Source: Hydrolagus colliei
Lineage: Eukaryota
DNA: 40,109 bases
Assembly (NCBI GenBank): GCA_035084275.1
Contig: CM068769.1
Coordinates: forward strand, 496,001 to 536,109
Reading direction: 5' to 3'
Within the stretch, counting starts at the first letter, position 1, and every line of letters starts with the position of its first letter. Made by a program: the position numbers and the translations under genes. The notes beneath the pieces were generated by a model. It saw only the letters and a program-made list of their open reading frames with translations. It was not told where the DNA came from and made no database searches. Of the stretch, positions 22,745 through 34,010 are shown in pieces.

Positions 22745-24559
22745 CACTCACTGCAAAATTACGATGTTATGTGTGAAGGTATTGTTGTTGATCTGAGACA
22801 TACAGCTCTGCGACAGGTGACGCTTGATGGCGATGACCTCACTTCCAAATCCTGTGACGTGGACATCAACTGATCAGTGTGCTAGCGATGTCAATAAGTC
22901 ACACATCATCGTCTGGGGAAAGAGATGGGGGAGCGTATCTTAATTGAGTTAATTCAGTTTGGCGACAGACATAGCGGCGACACTTAACATTAATCATATA
23001 TCTGATATTTGATATTCCTTCCTGTTTTAACGATGATGAAACTTTAAGCGCTCCACACAATATACTGTCAGGTTTAATGACTTTAGAACATATTTGTGTG
23101 TTGTCATATGTTATATTGAACGACTAACAGTTGAGGAACTTACGCACGATGACATGTGGACTGGATACCAATGGATCCGGGCTGGAAGCCGAGCAAAAAC
23201 CCGTAGAGTCGCGAAACGCGGCAGCCAAATTGCGCACAGTCGTGTCCCACAAACAGTCATGGCAGTGGGTTTAGGGGAAAATGGGGGCGCAAATGGCAAG
23301 GGGAGGTGTCGGGGTAGGGAGAATAAGAGCAAGACCCGAAATCTTGACTCGATGTTCTTTACTCCATAGTTGATGCCTGGTCTGCTGATTGTTCCCAACC
23401 ATTTCTGTTTTCGTTTCAGATTTCCAGCGTCTGCAATATTTTGCGTGTTTATTCAGGCAGAATCTATTGATGGAAGTTCAGCTAGTTGGTCACACATATT
23501 GTGTAGCTATTACTGGATATAATCGGCTACGACTTAAGCGCTCGAGACACCGTCTGGCAGGAAGGACGCTATGTAGATTCAAGTTGTTGTTGTTGATCTC
23601 TTCGTTCATGTCAATTGTGGTCAGCCTCAACTGGGATCTTGGACGCATGTGGAAACCCATGAACTTCCTTAAGCATATCCAAACCAGATAGATCATTCAA
23701 TGTATACCATCATTAATGAAGGATTACTCGACAGTTATTAAGAGGCATGGGTTTGCCTCAGAGCAACGCAAAGGTTGGACAAGTTGATTTACTCTTCTGT
23801 TTTTGCCTCTGTTTAATCAGCAATAGATTGGAACCAGGTTGTTAGTCGATTGGCCGATCACTAATTACGGATTAATAACCACTCAATATAGAACAATGAT
23901 GGAAGCACTGAATCCATAATTGCTCATGGTACACTGCTATCCTCATTTGGCTGCTGCGTTTCGCTCAAACAAATTGCAGTCAATTCATATTATTGTGTAT
24001 TCCGTGTTCCGTTTTGGTGCGTGCCGAAGACGTTATCAGTCGCTATTCTAAACACAAGGATCATTATTGTTGTCATCAATTCTGCGAGACGTCTCAAACG
24101 ACTTCGCAAAATACAATGTAATGCGCATCGACAATATCAGTTTTAAAGTGGTGTGAAGTAAGAAAATCTACATGGTGCATTGTCGCCCTCTATTGCCCAG
24201 TATATGACAATTCAACTCTATCGTAATATTTGATGCATAACGTGAAATAATGCAATCATTGAAACAATAATATTGTGTAGTTGCCCGTGTCTTATGCCAG
24301 CTCAGAATAAGTAAAGTCGTAGCCTGTATATTTCTTGGACGAAACTCGGCAGCCAATTGTGTAGACTACTGACAAGCAAAGTTTAAGGGATGGAGTGAGC
24401 ATTTATTATTTTTTATTTCGTGGCGAATTCTCTGCTGTGGAAAAACTAGTCGACGTACAAATGGATTCCAGCTTCCAGCTAGACACACCGAACATTGAGG
24501 AGTGAGACAATTGGGCCAACGTTTCTTCTAATCAGAGACTCAAGTCTCGGTCCCATTAT

Positions 24560-24800
24560 TGAGGTGAAAGGGGCAGAGTTCTCCTTCAGATTGGATAGAG
24601 CGAAGAGGTTGACGTAGATTTAACGTTTCAGAGCACATAAATTGGGAGAAAGTATAGCACGGAGGACTTTGAAACTGATAATGAGGATTTCGAATTCTGG
24701 GGAATGGGTAAGCAAAAGAGAGGGCGAGTTTCCAATGATAGGTTTATGGAAATTGCGTTGTGGAAAAACATCAGCTGTAGAGTTCTGGATGAATCACATT
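24560..24800 (-). mobile_element. Decayed L2 ORF2 3' fragment
   Basis: LPIPQ-EFEILIISFKVLRAILSP-like remnant of LHWLP..RI.FKIL...FKAL. Confidence 0.55.
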
Positions 24801-25137
24801 TTGTGCACGAAAGAGTTCGGAAGGCCGACACCCATTGAGATAACCGAGCTATAAATAGATGGGATGAACACGTGGGCGTAATGTAAGAAATCTAAAATAA
24901 TTATTCGTTTTATTATATTAGCAAACCCCAATCAATTAATAGCAACTGGACCTGCAGCGAATAATTATTGTCTGCGTTTATCGTGACAGCTAATGAATAT
25001 CTGACGTGATTCAGGGAGGTGAATGTGGACTCCTCTGGGGCTGCCTTTGGCTACCTGCAGCTCACAGGGCTCGAAGACTTTATCAAGCATCCACTTGGTA
25101 TTCAACCAGTGGATCAACCCATGTAAAATGCGTAGGC

Positions 25138-25795
25138 AGTTTCTGCTAGAATTGCTACGACATCTGTCACTGTGGTGAGTTTACAACAACAACAACAACA
25201 ACAACAACAACATTACATTTGTAAAACGACTTTCCCGTCAAGAGGACGTCTCAAGGCGCTTGACAGTAATTGGTTCAGATCCGAACTGAGGAAAAGTTGA
25301 GTGGGGCGAGGAGATGCCGATGGGTTCTTCGAAGAGGAGAGTCTTCAGGCGGATTCTTGAAGGACGCTAGGGAGCGGTCGACGGTTGTGCCTGCGAAATG
25401 GATTTCCAGAGTATTGGGGGGGCAGAGTGGCTGACGGCTAGCCCGCCAACGCTTGTGCGGATGGGTCATGGGTGGTGGAGCAGATTAGAGTTAGCTGAGT
25501 GGATGCGTCGGGCAGTTTGCTAGTGGGATAAGAGGTCAGGGATGTAGGGTGGGGCGAGATTTTAGGGTACTTTAAATGCCAGTGTTTCGCAGCAGTGTCA
25601 GATAGCAGCGGATCAGAGATAACCAAAGTAAGTGTTGGAAGTATCAGAGATGTATAACTGAGCACAGAAACAATTTCGAAATCCCATGGCATTAACTTGA
25701 TTGTTTCCTCGCAGAATATCCATGAATTGTAAATTCCTGCAGCTTTTCTCGCTACCAAAATAGATTTTAATAGCTAACAGGAGTAGAATAAAAAA
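25138..25795 (-). pseudogene. Decayed TCR V (about 25571-25795) separated from its RSS (25138-25174) by an L2 insertion
   Basis: Remnants TPVSY*NLFW*R..QEFTIHGYSA / MGFRNCFCAQL / TLTLVISDPLLSDTAAKH of the 15260/17063 family; orphan ACTCAC|CACAGTG-21-GCAGAAACT. Confidence 0.72.
25184..25570 (-). mobile_element. L2 3' fragment with (GTT)n tail and 4-bp target-site duplication
   Basis: Tail acaacaacaac... at 25184-25210; ttta at 25180-25183 and 25571-25574. Confidence 0.78.
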
Positions 25796-26381
25796 TATTA
25801 GTAGTAACACCAAATATTATCCACTCCAGAAAGAAACACAATAATCAAATTGGTCATTTAAATCCGTGACAGTCTGTGGGACGCTGCTGTGCAAAACTAG
25901 CTGCTGCGTTTCACCCACAAATTTAGTCATAAAACTACACAATACATTATGTGAAGCGCGTTTTGACGTTACAGAAGACGTGAAAACCGCTATTGCAAAT
26001 GCAAGAAATATTACTACAATGTCTGCGTTAACAGTCATGGCACGGCTAACGAATATTCTTTTCCAGAGCGTATGTTTAAGGGAGTTGACTCGATGGTCTT
26101 GTTGTACAACATGCGAGCATTGTCTCACAAACGAAGATTCTTGGTGGAATTATTAACTCGGAAAAAAAGCAGCAACGTTTTGTTATTCTGTATTATTCAT
26201 CTACAACATGTACATTCAAGTCACTTTAAGTAGATACTTTGCAGCCCTTTGGGACGTTTCTGGAAGTCATAGGCGGTATATTAAATACAAGTATAATTAC
26301 CGTTTTATAAATGCGGATTACTTTTCTCTTTCGCTTGACGCAACCGCGCCTCTTGTGGTTTAACTGCATTGGTGCAGTTGA

Positions 26382-26711
26382 CGTATTTGTACGAAGCCCC
26401 CATGCCATACCTACACCGTGGAAAGCTTGGCGCAGTAATACAGGGCACTGTCACCGATCAGGACGGTGTCAATTCTCAGTTCAAAATATTCTCTTATTCT
26501 ATGGACGGTGGAGTGAAAGCGAGCTGGAAAGTTAGGATTCCTGTCATCCTTCCCTGTATGTAGACAGGAGCGTTCCTTGATGCTTGTCTGTACCAGAAGA
26601 GGCTATAGGGATCACTTATTTTCTTCAAGGTGCAGGATATTGTCACGTCTTCTCCCTCTCGTATCAACAGATCAGCAATCGAATGTTTCCCCGTGTTCTG
26701 CAGGCTGTTGC
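26382..26711 (-). pseudogene. TCR alpha/delta V pseudogene (exon 26421-26711, frameshift in CDR2) with 23-RSS (26382-26420); not captured by the ORF track
   Basis: GNSLQNTGKHSIADLLIREGEDVTISCTLKKISDPYSLFWYRQASRNAPVYIQG / DDRNPNFPARFHSTVHRIREYFELRIDTVLIGDSALYYCAKL; RSS CACGGTG-23-ACAAATACG. Confidence 0.88.
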
Positions 26712-27119
26712 CTGTGGCGAAATTGAACAGCCTAGTTGAGCCGCAATCTTATATAAGTTGATATCCTGCATTATATTGCTCAGAACTCTAGTTTCTCAAG
26801 CGAGTGGACCTGGGTTCATTTCTCTAGCATGGCTAACCATAGCTAAATTACCATGCAACCTTTGCCTCAAGCAGTAAGTAGAAATTATTTGTGTCAAGCA
26901 GTAAGTAGAATTTTTTTGTCAGATTGTCTTCCTGGAGCAATTATCCCTTCAGCAATCAATCAATTGCTGCCCCGCCCACAATAAAATAGACACTAATGCA
27001 GTTACTAAATCGAAGATTATTCTTGTAATACTGCTCTACACAGTTGGCTGTTGTGGTTCATCCCTGAGTTATACAGCCAATCCATTTCTTCAATGTAATA
27101 CACTTGAAGACATTTGAGA

Positions 27120-27400
27120 CGTCTTGAATAGGTGGTCACCTGGCTCCACACTCTGGAACTCCATCCCTCAATCCCTTGGCCTCGCTTCCTCCCTTTCCTC
27201 CTTCAATGCCGGTCTCAAAAACTTCCTATTCGACCTTGCCTTCTGCTCCCATCCTAGCTCTTCACCCTTTCCTACTCTCTTTCTCCCTACCCGACATTTG
27301 CCCCCACCCCCACTCGGTTCCCGACTTAACGTTTCAGCACCAAGGGACGTCCTGCCGACCTCAATGGTGCTATTTTCATATAATGTTGTTGTTTTTCTTG
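27120..27400 (+). mobile_element. L2 3' fragment
   Basis: STLWNSIPQSLGLASSLSSFNAGLKNFLFDLAF, paralogous to 240-518; same 3' UTR. Confidence 0.8.
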
Positions 27401-27714
27401 TGGTAAAGAACGATACGACATGCAACGATTATTAACATGATACTTTTGTAAAAAGAATAAATAAGGTATTAAAAAATCAATTTTTTGAAATGTCTTACGG
27501 CAAAGCAAAGCGAGCGTTATTGAAAGCATAGTCCACATCTCCCAGATAATCATTGTGATCCTTTGTCTGACATTAACTCTCTAGCTCACGGCTGTTCATT
27601 GTGAATGTTGATGAAATGGAGAGACTTGCAGACATTGCTCCACCCACACGCAGCCTGGCTTACCCAATCACTGCTACGACCATGCAAAGTCACGCCCAGA
27701 AAGTCATTGAACCA

Positions 27715-28128
27715 AACACACAGAGCCCGGCCCACTCAGACACTTCCACGCCCACACAGCGCCCCGCCCACCAGTCACTGCCCCGCACACACAGCGCCCC
27801 GCCCACCAGTCACTGCCCCACCTACACAGAATCCAGCCTACACAGCAACTTCACCGCCCACACAGAGTCCCGCCGACTCAGTCACAGCCCCGCCTACACA
27901 GAGCCCCGCTCAATGAGTCGCTACCCCGCCTACACAGAGTCCAGCCTACTAAGCAACTTCCCCTCCCACACAAAGCCCCGCCCACCTAAAACCTCGCCCA
28001 CCCTCTCACTGCCAGTTGCAGAGACAGCCCCTCCCACCCAGAGCCACGCCCACAGTCTCTGCGCTAAAATCACGTAGCGCCGCCCACACAGACAGGGCCA
28101 CGCCCTCACATAGCCCCGCCCACACAGA
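27715..28128. repeat. Degenerate GC-rich minisatellite (cacacagagccccgcccac / cagtcactgcccc motifs)
   Basis: More than ten imperfect copies by eye. Confidence 0.8.
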
Positions 28129-28436
28129 CGCAGAATCTGGAAGTCTCACTTGGGATATAATTAATGGCACGGTTCTCTCCGCTTTATCCACCTTCGTTGA
28201 AAAACGTTCTTCTGGGAAATCTGCATGACGATGGTCTTTGCTTCTGGAGTGTATCTGAACGATATATCCTGGAAGTTGTTTGGGATAGAGACGATACCAT
28301 ATCAGCTAAGGATTGCTGTCGCTTGTTGTGAAATTACGCTGCAGATGCACATCTTCGCCTTCGTCCATTGCCACATTGCCACAGTTGATTGGGGCTGTTG
28401 ATTGGGGCTGTGATACACTATCTCCTACACACTGCC
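28129..28436 (-). pseudogene. TCR alpha/delta V pseudogene, 3'-truncated before YYC, no RSS
   Basis: GQCVGDSVSQPQSTAPINCGNVAMDEGEDVHLQRNFTTSDSNP*LIWYRLYPKQLPGYIVQIH...RFSTKVDKAERTVPLIISQVRLPDSA; TAG at 28306-28308; first Cys is Arg. Confidence 0.85.
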
Positions 28437-28565
28437 CTGGAAACCAGACACACTTGAACGTTCAGCAAAATAAGAACAATAATAAAAATTGAACATGTGG
28501 ATGTGGCGTCTCACTTCTTCTAGACCACTCAAACTCGCGGTTCAGTAAAAACAACAATGAGTGGG

Positions 28566-28605
28566 GGTGATACGTGAGGCGAGTAAACTCGCCTCACGTA
28601 TCACC
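28566..28605. repeat. Perfect 19-bp inverted repeat with 2-nt loop
   Basis: ggtgatacgtgaggcgagt-aa-actcgcctcacgtatcacc. Confidence 0.95.
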
Positions 28606-28784
28606 TTGTTTGACGCGTGAATCGAACCCACATAATCACGCTTGTGAGGCGAATACTCTAACTTTTTACGTACAGGTCTCGACAAATCCATGAGTAATGA
28701 CACGTATTGGTTACTTTGTTCAAGAAAAGATGGGGTGGATAATATATCTTGTCAGCAACATTCTATAATTCGTGTGTGTCTTAC

Positions 28785-28830
28785 CTGACAAGGTAATGAA
28801 GACTGATACCATGTATATATACATTGCCAT
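28785..28830 (-). pseudogene. Leader exon of the V pseudogene at 28129
   Basis: MAMYIYMVSVFITLS G|GTAAGA, phase 1. Confidence 0.8.
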
Positions 28831-28879
28831 ATGTATTTAATGCCCGGAGTGATAAGAGAGTGATGATGCTGTAGTTGCA

Positions 28880-29110
28880 AATGTTGGACGGGAAGCAGTG
28901 AGATGCTGTGAGGAGGGCTGAACAGTAAATTACTTACACAAGTTGCCATACACTGTGAGGGAGCACGTCTGCGGTTTATGTGTAACAAGGTTTTCTATGT
29001 CATTAAGCGTCATTTACTCTGCTCTGCCATCTCGCTCCTCCATTGGTTCTCCACCAACCCTGACATGTCTTTGATCAACCAGGTGTCTGACACATGCACC
29101 AAATTACACC
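28880..29110 (-). promoter_or_regulatory. Conserved V-promoter region (paralogous to 38720-38945)
   Basis: 30-nt block ctctgctctgccatctcgctcctccattgg identical at 29017-29046 and 38859-38888; contains CCAAT, with a TGACGC half-CRE beside it. Confidence 0.6.
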
Positions 29111-30139
29111 AATAATCCTGTTACAATTCGTCCAAATATATGATATTAACGCAATTGTACTACCTGCGGATTCCTATAGCTTAGTGGTATCAACACTCAC
29201 CCCACAAGCAACGTGCCTGTGTTAGATTATTGCAGGGCGAATTCTTAGCTAAGTTTCCTATCTCTACCCACACAATTCTATTTGCACTGCAATCAGTAGC
29301 AGTTCGATTATTTCTCGATTGATCTGGTTGTGTTTCATTGTTAACAATCATTCATAAAATAAGCTATTGAATACAACACTGTTTGTGTGACATTCCTGTG
29401 CAGAATTGGTAGCCTGGTTTCGCCTGCAAATCGCCGAGTCACAATATTTTACAATATAGTATGAAGCGATTAGTGATGTCTCAAGTTGGACATGGTATTC
29501 AGTGGAATACGCTGAGTGTATACACAAGGCTAGATAGTGAAGTAATCTGTGATGGTTTCACATTCCCTGGGACAGCTGGCAATTTGGTAAAGAGGTGAAA
29601 CAATCGTTTGGGTGTGAGTTGGGTGGTGGTGGGGGGTTCAAAGCCAACGGGGAGGAGCCATGTGGCGTCAGCAGTTTCTCAGATGTCTCTGCCCCAGTTA
29701 GTTGAACTTTGCCTTCGTGCCCCGTTTCCGCTCCAAGCTTCTGGGTTTGGGCAATAAACAAATTTTTCTAGCATAACTCGTGCGTGCAAGATAGGTTCTG
29801 TGTATTTTAATTCGCTGAATTCAGCTTCATATATTAACATCACTATTTGCAAAGCGTGGCGATGAAGCATTGGGAAAGCCATCCAGATACTTGTGAGTAT
29901 TCAGATCAAACTGTGTTCAGTATTTATGACTGTATTTGCTAAAGCAGCTTATTATGGAAGAGTCTCTAAGTGTTTGATTTGATGTAACATAACGTCTACC
30001 GATGGTATATTTTGTACCAGAGAATTCCACATCACATCATATTGCAAACATTAATGCATAGAAGTCCATCCACCAATCGATTATCAACCAGAATCCAACT
30101 TGCTTCTCGGCAGAGAAACCCCAATCATGCTAATCATTG

Positions 30140-30540
30140 CTTTTTATATAGTGCTTTTGACATCATATTAACGTCCAAAAGCGCTTCTCAGTGTATACCG
30201 TTAAGTGAAATGAACACAGAAGTTACTGGGAAACGCAGTAGGTTAGGAACATCAATGGAGAAAGGAAAATGAGTCGAGCTTTCGGGTCCACGACCCTTCG
30301 GCTGAATTTTGCAGTTTTTTTTTGTATACAGTAAAGTGAATTGACTGCATATTTGTGGGCGAAACCCGGCAGCTGATTGAACACAGAAGTGTCCCTCGAA
30401 GCGCCGTGGGTTGCAAATGACCAATATATATTATTTGTCGGCCGGATTATTATTGGGGAATTAGGACAAGGAAGTTTGCCCCAGGTTTCTCCGTGGTCAG
30501 CCTAGTCTCACTCTTGTAAGTTGAGTGTTCTAATCACAGA
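30140..30540 (-). mobile_element. DeuSINE-like SINE, near full length
   Basis: Reverse complement of tail, core (gtgggcgaaacccggcagc) and head (ctcactcttgtaag..ttctaatcacagagc). Confidence 0.7.
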
Positions 30541-30919
30541 GCGCAAGGAGTAGTTGGAACTAATCACGTCTTCCAGATGCTACTAAATCTGTACTGGTTG
30601 TACAGTGATGTGGAATGACTGTGTATGTTTCCTGCTGAATGTAGCAGCCACATTTGCACAGCAGTGTCCCTCAAACAGTCATCGACTGAAGAGGAACACT
30701 TTTTAAAATCAATAATTATTCCCATGAAAGCGATCCGCCATTCGACGAAAAACTGTATTCCTACTTAATGCTATGTAAATATATGTATGTGTGTGTGTGT
30801 GTATGTGTTTGTGTGGAGTAATGTAGCACGTCTAGTATGTCGCCATGTGGCGAATGAAACTCAGGTCGGCTTGTTTACGAGGCGAGTGATCTGAATGTTG
30901 AGCTACAGTAACCTCAGCA

Positions 30920-30958
30920 TGTTTTTGTACAGGATCCTCTTAGACACGCAGCACTGTG
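30920..30958 (-). other. 23-RSS
   Basis: CACAGTG-23-ACAAAAACA. Confidence 0.93.
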
Positions 30959-31241
30959 CTCTCTGCTGCGCAGAAGTACGTGGCGGTATCTGTCAATCGC
31001 GCGTCTCTCATTGTCAGTGTGCTGTTCTTCTCTTTTCTGTCAGCCAAAGCACTTATCCTCTCCTCCGCCTTGATCTCTCTACTTCCCTTCACCAGCAAAT
31101 GGATGGAGCCGTTTTCATACTGTTTGTACCATTGGAAGGCTGGGCTGAGTAGAGTCGTGTTGCAATCGATGGATACATTTTCGTTTTCATTCCCTGTCAG
31201 TATCTGAGGACTCTGTGACACTTCTCGTTCAGCCAGGACAC
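30959..31241 (-). CDS. TCR alpha-type V exon, apparently functional
   Basis: VLAEREVSQSPQILTGNENENVSIDCNTTLLSPAFQWYKQYENGSIHLLVKGSREIKAEERISALADRKEKNSTLTMRDARLTDTATYFCAAES. Confidence 0.92.
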
Positions 31242-31357
31242 CTGGGGAAAAGACATGGACATTCTTGGAAACAAATTCGGAAAATATCTAGAACAAAACT
31301 TGTCATTATTTAGTCGGAAAACAAGGATGCGTTTATCCAAACTTGCACTCAACTTAC

Positions 31358-31415
31358 AGAAGAGCGAAATCATGAAATTAAAAGTAATAGGTGTTGCTTG
31401 GCAACTTGGCTTCAT
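31358..31415 (-). CDS. Leader exon of the V at 30959
   Basis: MKPSCQATPITFNFMISLF T|GTAAGT, 58 nt, phase 1, 116-nt intron, in frame (…FCVLA^EREV). Confidence 0.78.
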
Positions 31416-32546
31416 TCTCAATCCTCGTCGTTTCATGTCAGAATCTCCGGGTGAAATGCAAGGAGACACCAGCTAACTGCTGATAAACGTTCATGAATGT
31501 TTGTCGAGTGCCGCTAACTGTGTAGTTTGTAACTATACTTTCGGTGACGCCACGACTGACGTCTCATTTCCTGTATGTTTGCTTGCGGGACATTCATTTC
31601 CCAATCGACTACAAGCAGCGTTCGTTTATTCCAGAAGATAGGAAGTGACTGCACTTTTCAATATAGTCTTGCAATCACTTTGAATCAGTTGAATTACGTA
31701 ATCTGTTGCTGCATCTCATGCAGCAACAGATTCACCCACAAATATATACAGTCAATTCACTTTACAGTGTATTCTGTGAAGAGCTTTGGGACGCTGATAA
31801 GATGTGGAAAGCGCTATATCAAATGCAAGGATTATTATATTATATTTTATATAAGCAAACATAGCTATTACTGTTCGTAATATTATTATAGGTTCTAATT
31901 GGAATGTCTTATCGGAAGAACTGTCCATATATGCATTTAATTAGCTATAAAAGTTACTTCCATGCATTATTATGTCAAGTCATTGAGGCGTCTCATAGGT
32001 CGACATAGATTTTACTCTCGAGGGCAGACACAGAATATTTGGCAAACTCAGCATTTAGTTTGTGTAACACAATGTCCCACGATCACATGTGAAGTGACCG
32101 CACAATTGTGCTGATACAATGTGTGCCAAGGCACCAGTAGAAACTCTGTTCACCCTGGAGCAAAGCCATGAAATCATTATTGCTTCTTGCTTCAAGTCAC
32201 GTGAAACTCCCTTTCGTGTCTCCATGGATTGACAGCTTCTCCGACACTGCAGCCACCGCCAGGACAAGCGACCCACTAACTGGCTAACAGACAGGTTACA
32301 ATGTACTGCTGTAACCTGCTGTAAACGTGTATTTTTATGCCGAGTATGGGACCATGCATAAGGATTTGGGACTCGGACTGGGAATGCAACTCAGATCCAC
32401 TCGGTTGCAAGGTGAATACTCAATCCACTGTCCTGCTGGACTCCTCAGACTCTGCACAACATCCCCACTGTTGTACTCGTGTAATCACATAAAATTACTG
32501 AAAGCGCCAAGTTCAATGTGTGAGAGGAACTCATGAGTATCTAGTG

Positions 32547-32585
32547 AGTTTTTGTACGAGGACTCTGCCCTTCTGTAACAGTGTG
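32547..32585 (-). other. 23-RSS
   Basis: CACACTG-23-ACAAAAACT. Confidence 0.88.
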
Positions 32586-32883
32586 GGCTCCAGGGCACAG
32601 AGATACACGGCGCTGTCACTCACAACCACCCTGAGAATCTGCAAGTTAATTAGTTTCTTCCCCTTGTGCACCTCAGCCGTGAAACGGTCAGCAATTCCAA
32701 TAGCTTTATCTACCTTTCCCGAGGCATATATCCTGAGGACATACTGAAGAGCTCCATCGGGATGTTGCCTGTAGCACAATATAGTGTCTATGCTTGAAAC
32801 GTTCATTCTTATTGTCACGTTTTGTCCTTCAAGTTCTGTTATCTCAGGGGGGGTCTGGTATATGACAACACTCCCATTGGCCA
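32586..32883 (-). CDS. TCR alpha/delta V exon, open frame but lacking the first Cys and with Trp41 replaced by Cys (ORF-type or pseudogene)
   Basis: VANGSVVIYQTPPEITELEGQNVTIRMNVSSIDTILCYRQHPDGALQYVLRIYASG...RFTAEVHKGKKLINLQILRVVVSDSAVYLCALEP; leader not found. Confidence 0.75.
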
Positions 32884-33709
32884 CTGGAAAAACAATACAT
32901 TTCTAATTAAAAATATGAGTCAATTCTCTTTACTATGTATATTATGGAGAGCTTTTGCACGTCTAAAATGTCAATATGAAACGCAAGAGTTGCTGTTTTT
33001 ACTGCAAATTTGCTGGGGAACGCTAAACGATCAATAGTGTTTTGGTGCTGATAGAGTTTCTGTCTGTGTTTGTAAATGTTAGAACTGCTTATAATTGCGA
33101 AGTTGTTCCATTCAACCTTTATCCTTGATTTTCTGTAGCTCGTGAAATAATTCATTAAAAGCTACTTCCAAGTTAAAAATACACATCTCTTGGGTTTGTG
33201 TGTTTGCATTATCTCGTCTTCTCGCCGTCTCCAATCGCTTCAGTGATCTGAAGCGAATTTAAAGTATGTTCTGTTGGAGGAAACTTGGCATTCCACTGCG
33301 GGTAACCGTATCCCAAAGTCATTTGTGGATTGATCGATCAAACTAATATTGTGTAAAAATTCTTTTTAGAAAGCGATTCGTTAATTAAATAACAACAACG
33401 ACAATATTAAACCCATGTGCGCAGCATGCATTGGTCATGTCCAAACATACTTACTGGTTAGAATGAGAATTACTATCAGTAACTGGCAGTGGGCTGCCAT
33501 GCTGGCTGCTGAGGTGTGGACAGATAATAGCGTCTCTTCATGTATAAATGGCTGCTTTGCTGCTTCAGTTGAATGTTGTGAGGCAGCGGTGGGTCTGCCG
33601 TGTGCAGTGAGCTATTGTCTGCATGTGTAGGCGTTGCCCACCAACCAGTGGATCTTGAACTTGATCCACCGCAACTTGGGACTTCCTCCCGACGTACGAC
33701 CTTTGCTGC

Positions 33710-34010
33710 ACAGTGGTTAGAGCTCTCTGCTTACAAGCGTGAGACCTTTGTCTGAATCTAGGCACATGAGGGCGAAACCTTGGGCAAGTCTCCTTACTCC
33801 ACAAACACATAACTAATAATATTCCGTTCAAAAATACACAATAATAAAAATGGGTCTTTATTACGACTGTTTGTGAGGACGATGCTTGCTGTGTGCAATT
33901 GTCTACTGTGGTATGCCCATAACCACACAGTCACTTGCTTGGCAGTATATTCTGTGAAACGCTTTGAGACGTCGAGAAAATGTGAAAAGCGCTAAATCAA
34001 ATGTAAATAT
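33710..34010 (+). mobile_element. DeuSINE-like SINE, near full length
   Basis: Head cagtggttagagctctctgcttacaagcg, box ttgggcaagtctccttactccac, core and tail. Confidence 0.7.

Noticed and set aside
29880-30100. Possible very old V remnant (…ILWYKIYHR*TLCYI…)
   Set aside because: Only a WYK motif; no FR3, YYC or RSS recognisable.
32057-32130. Nonamer-like ACACAAACT with upstream TGT GCG GTC
   Set aside because: No heptamer at 12 or 23 spacing and no V framework upstream.
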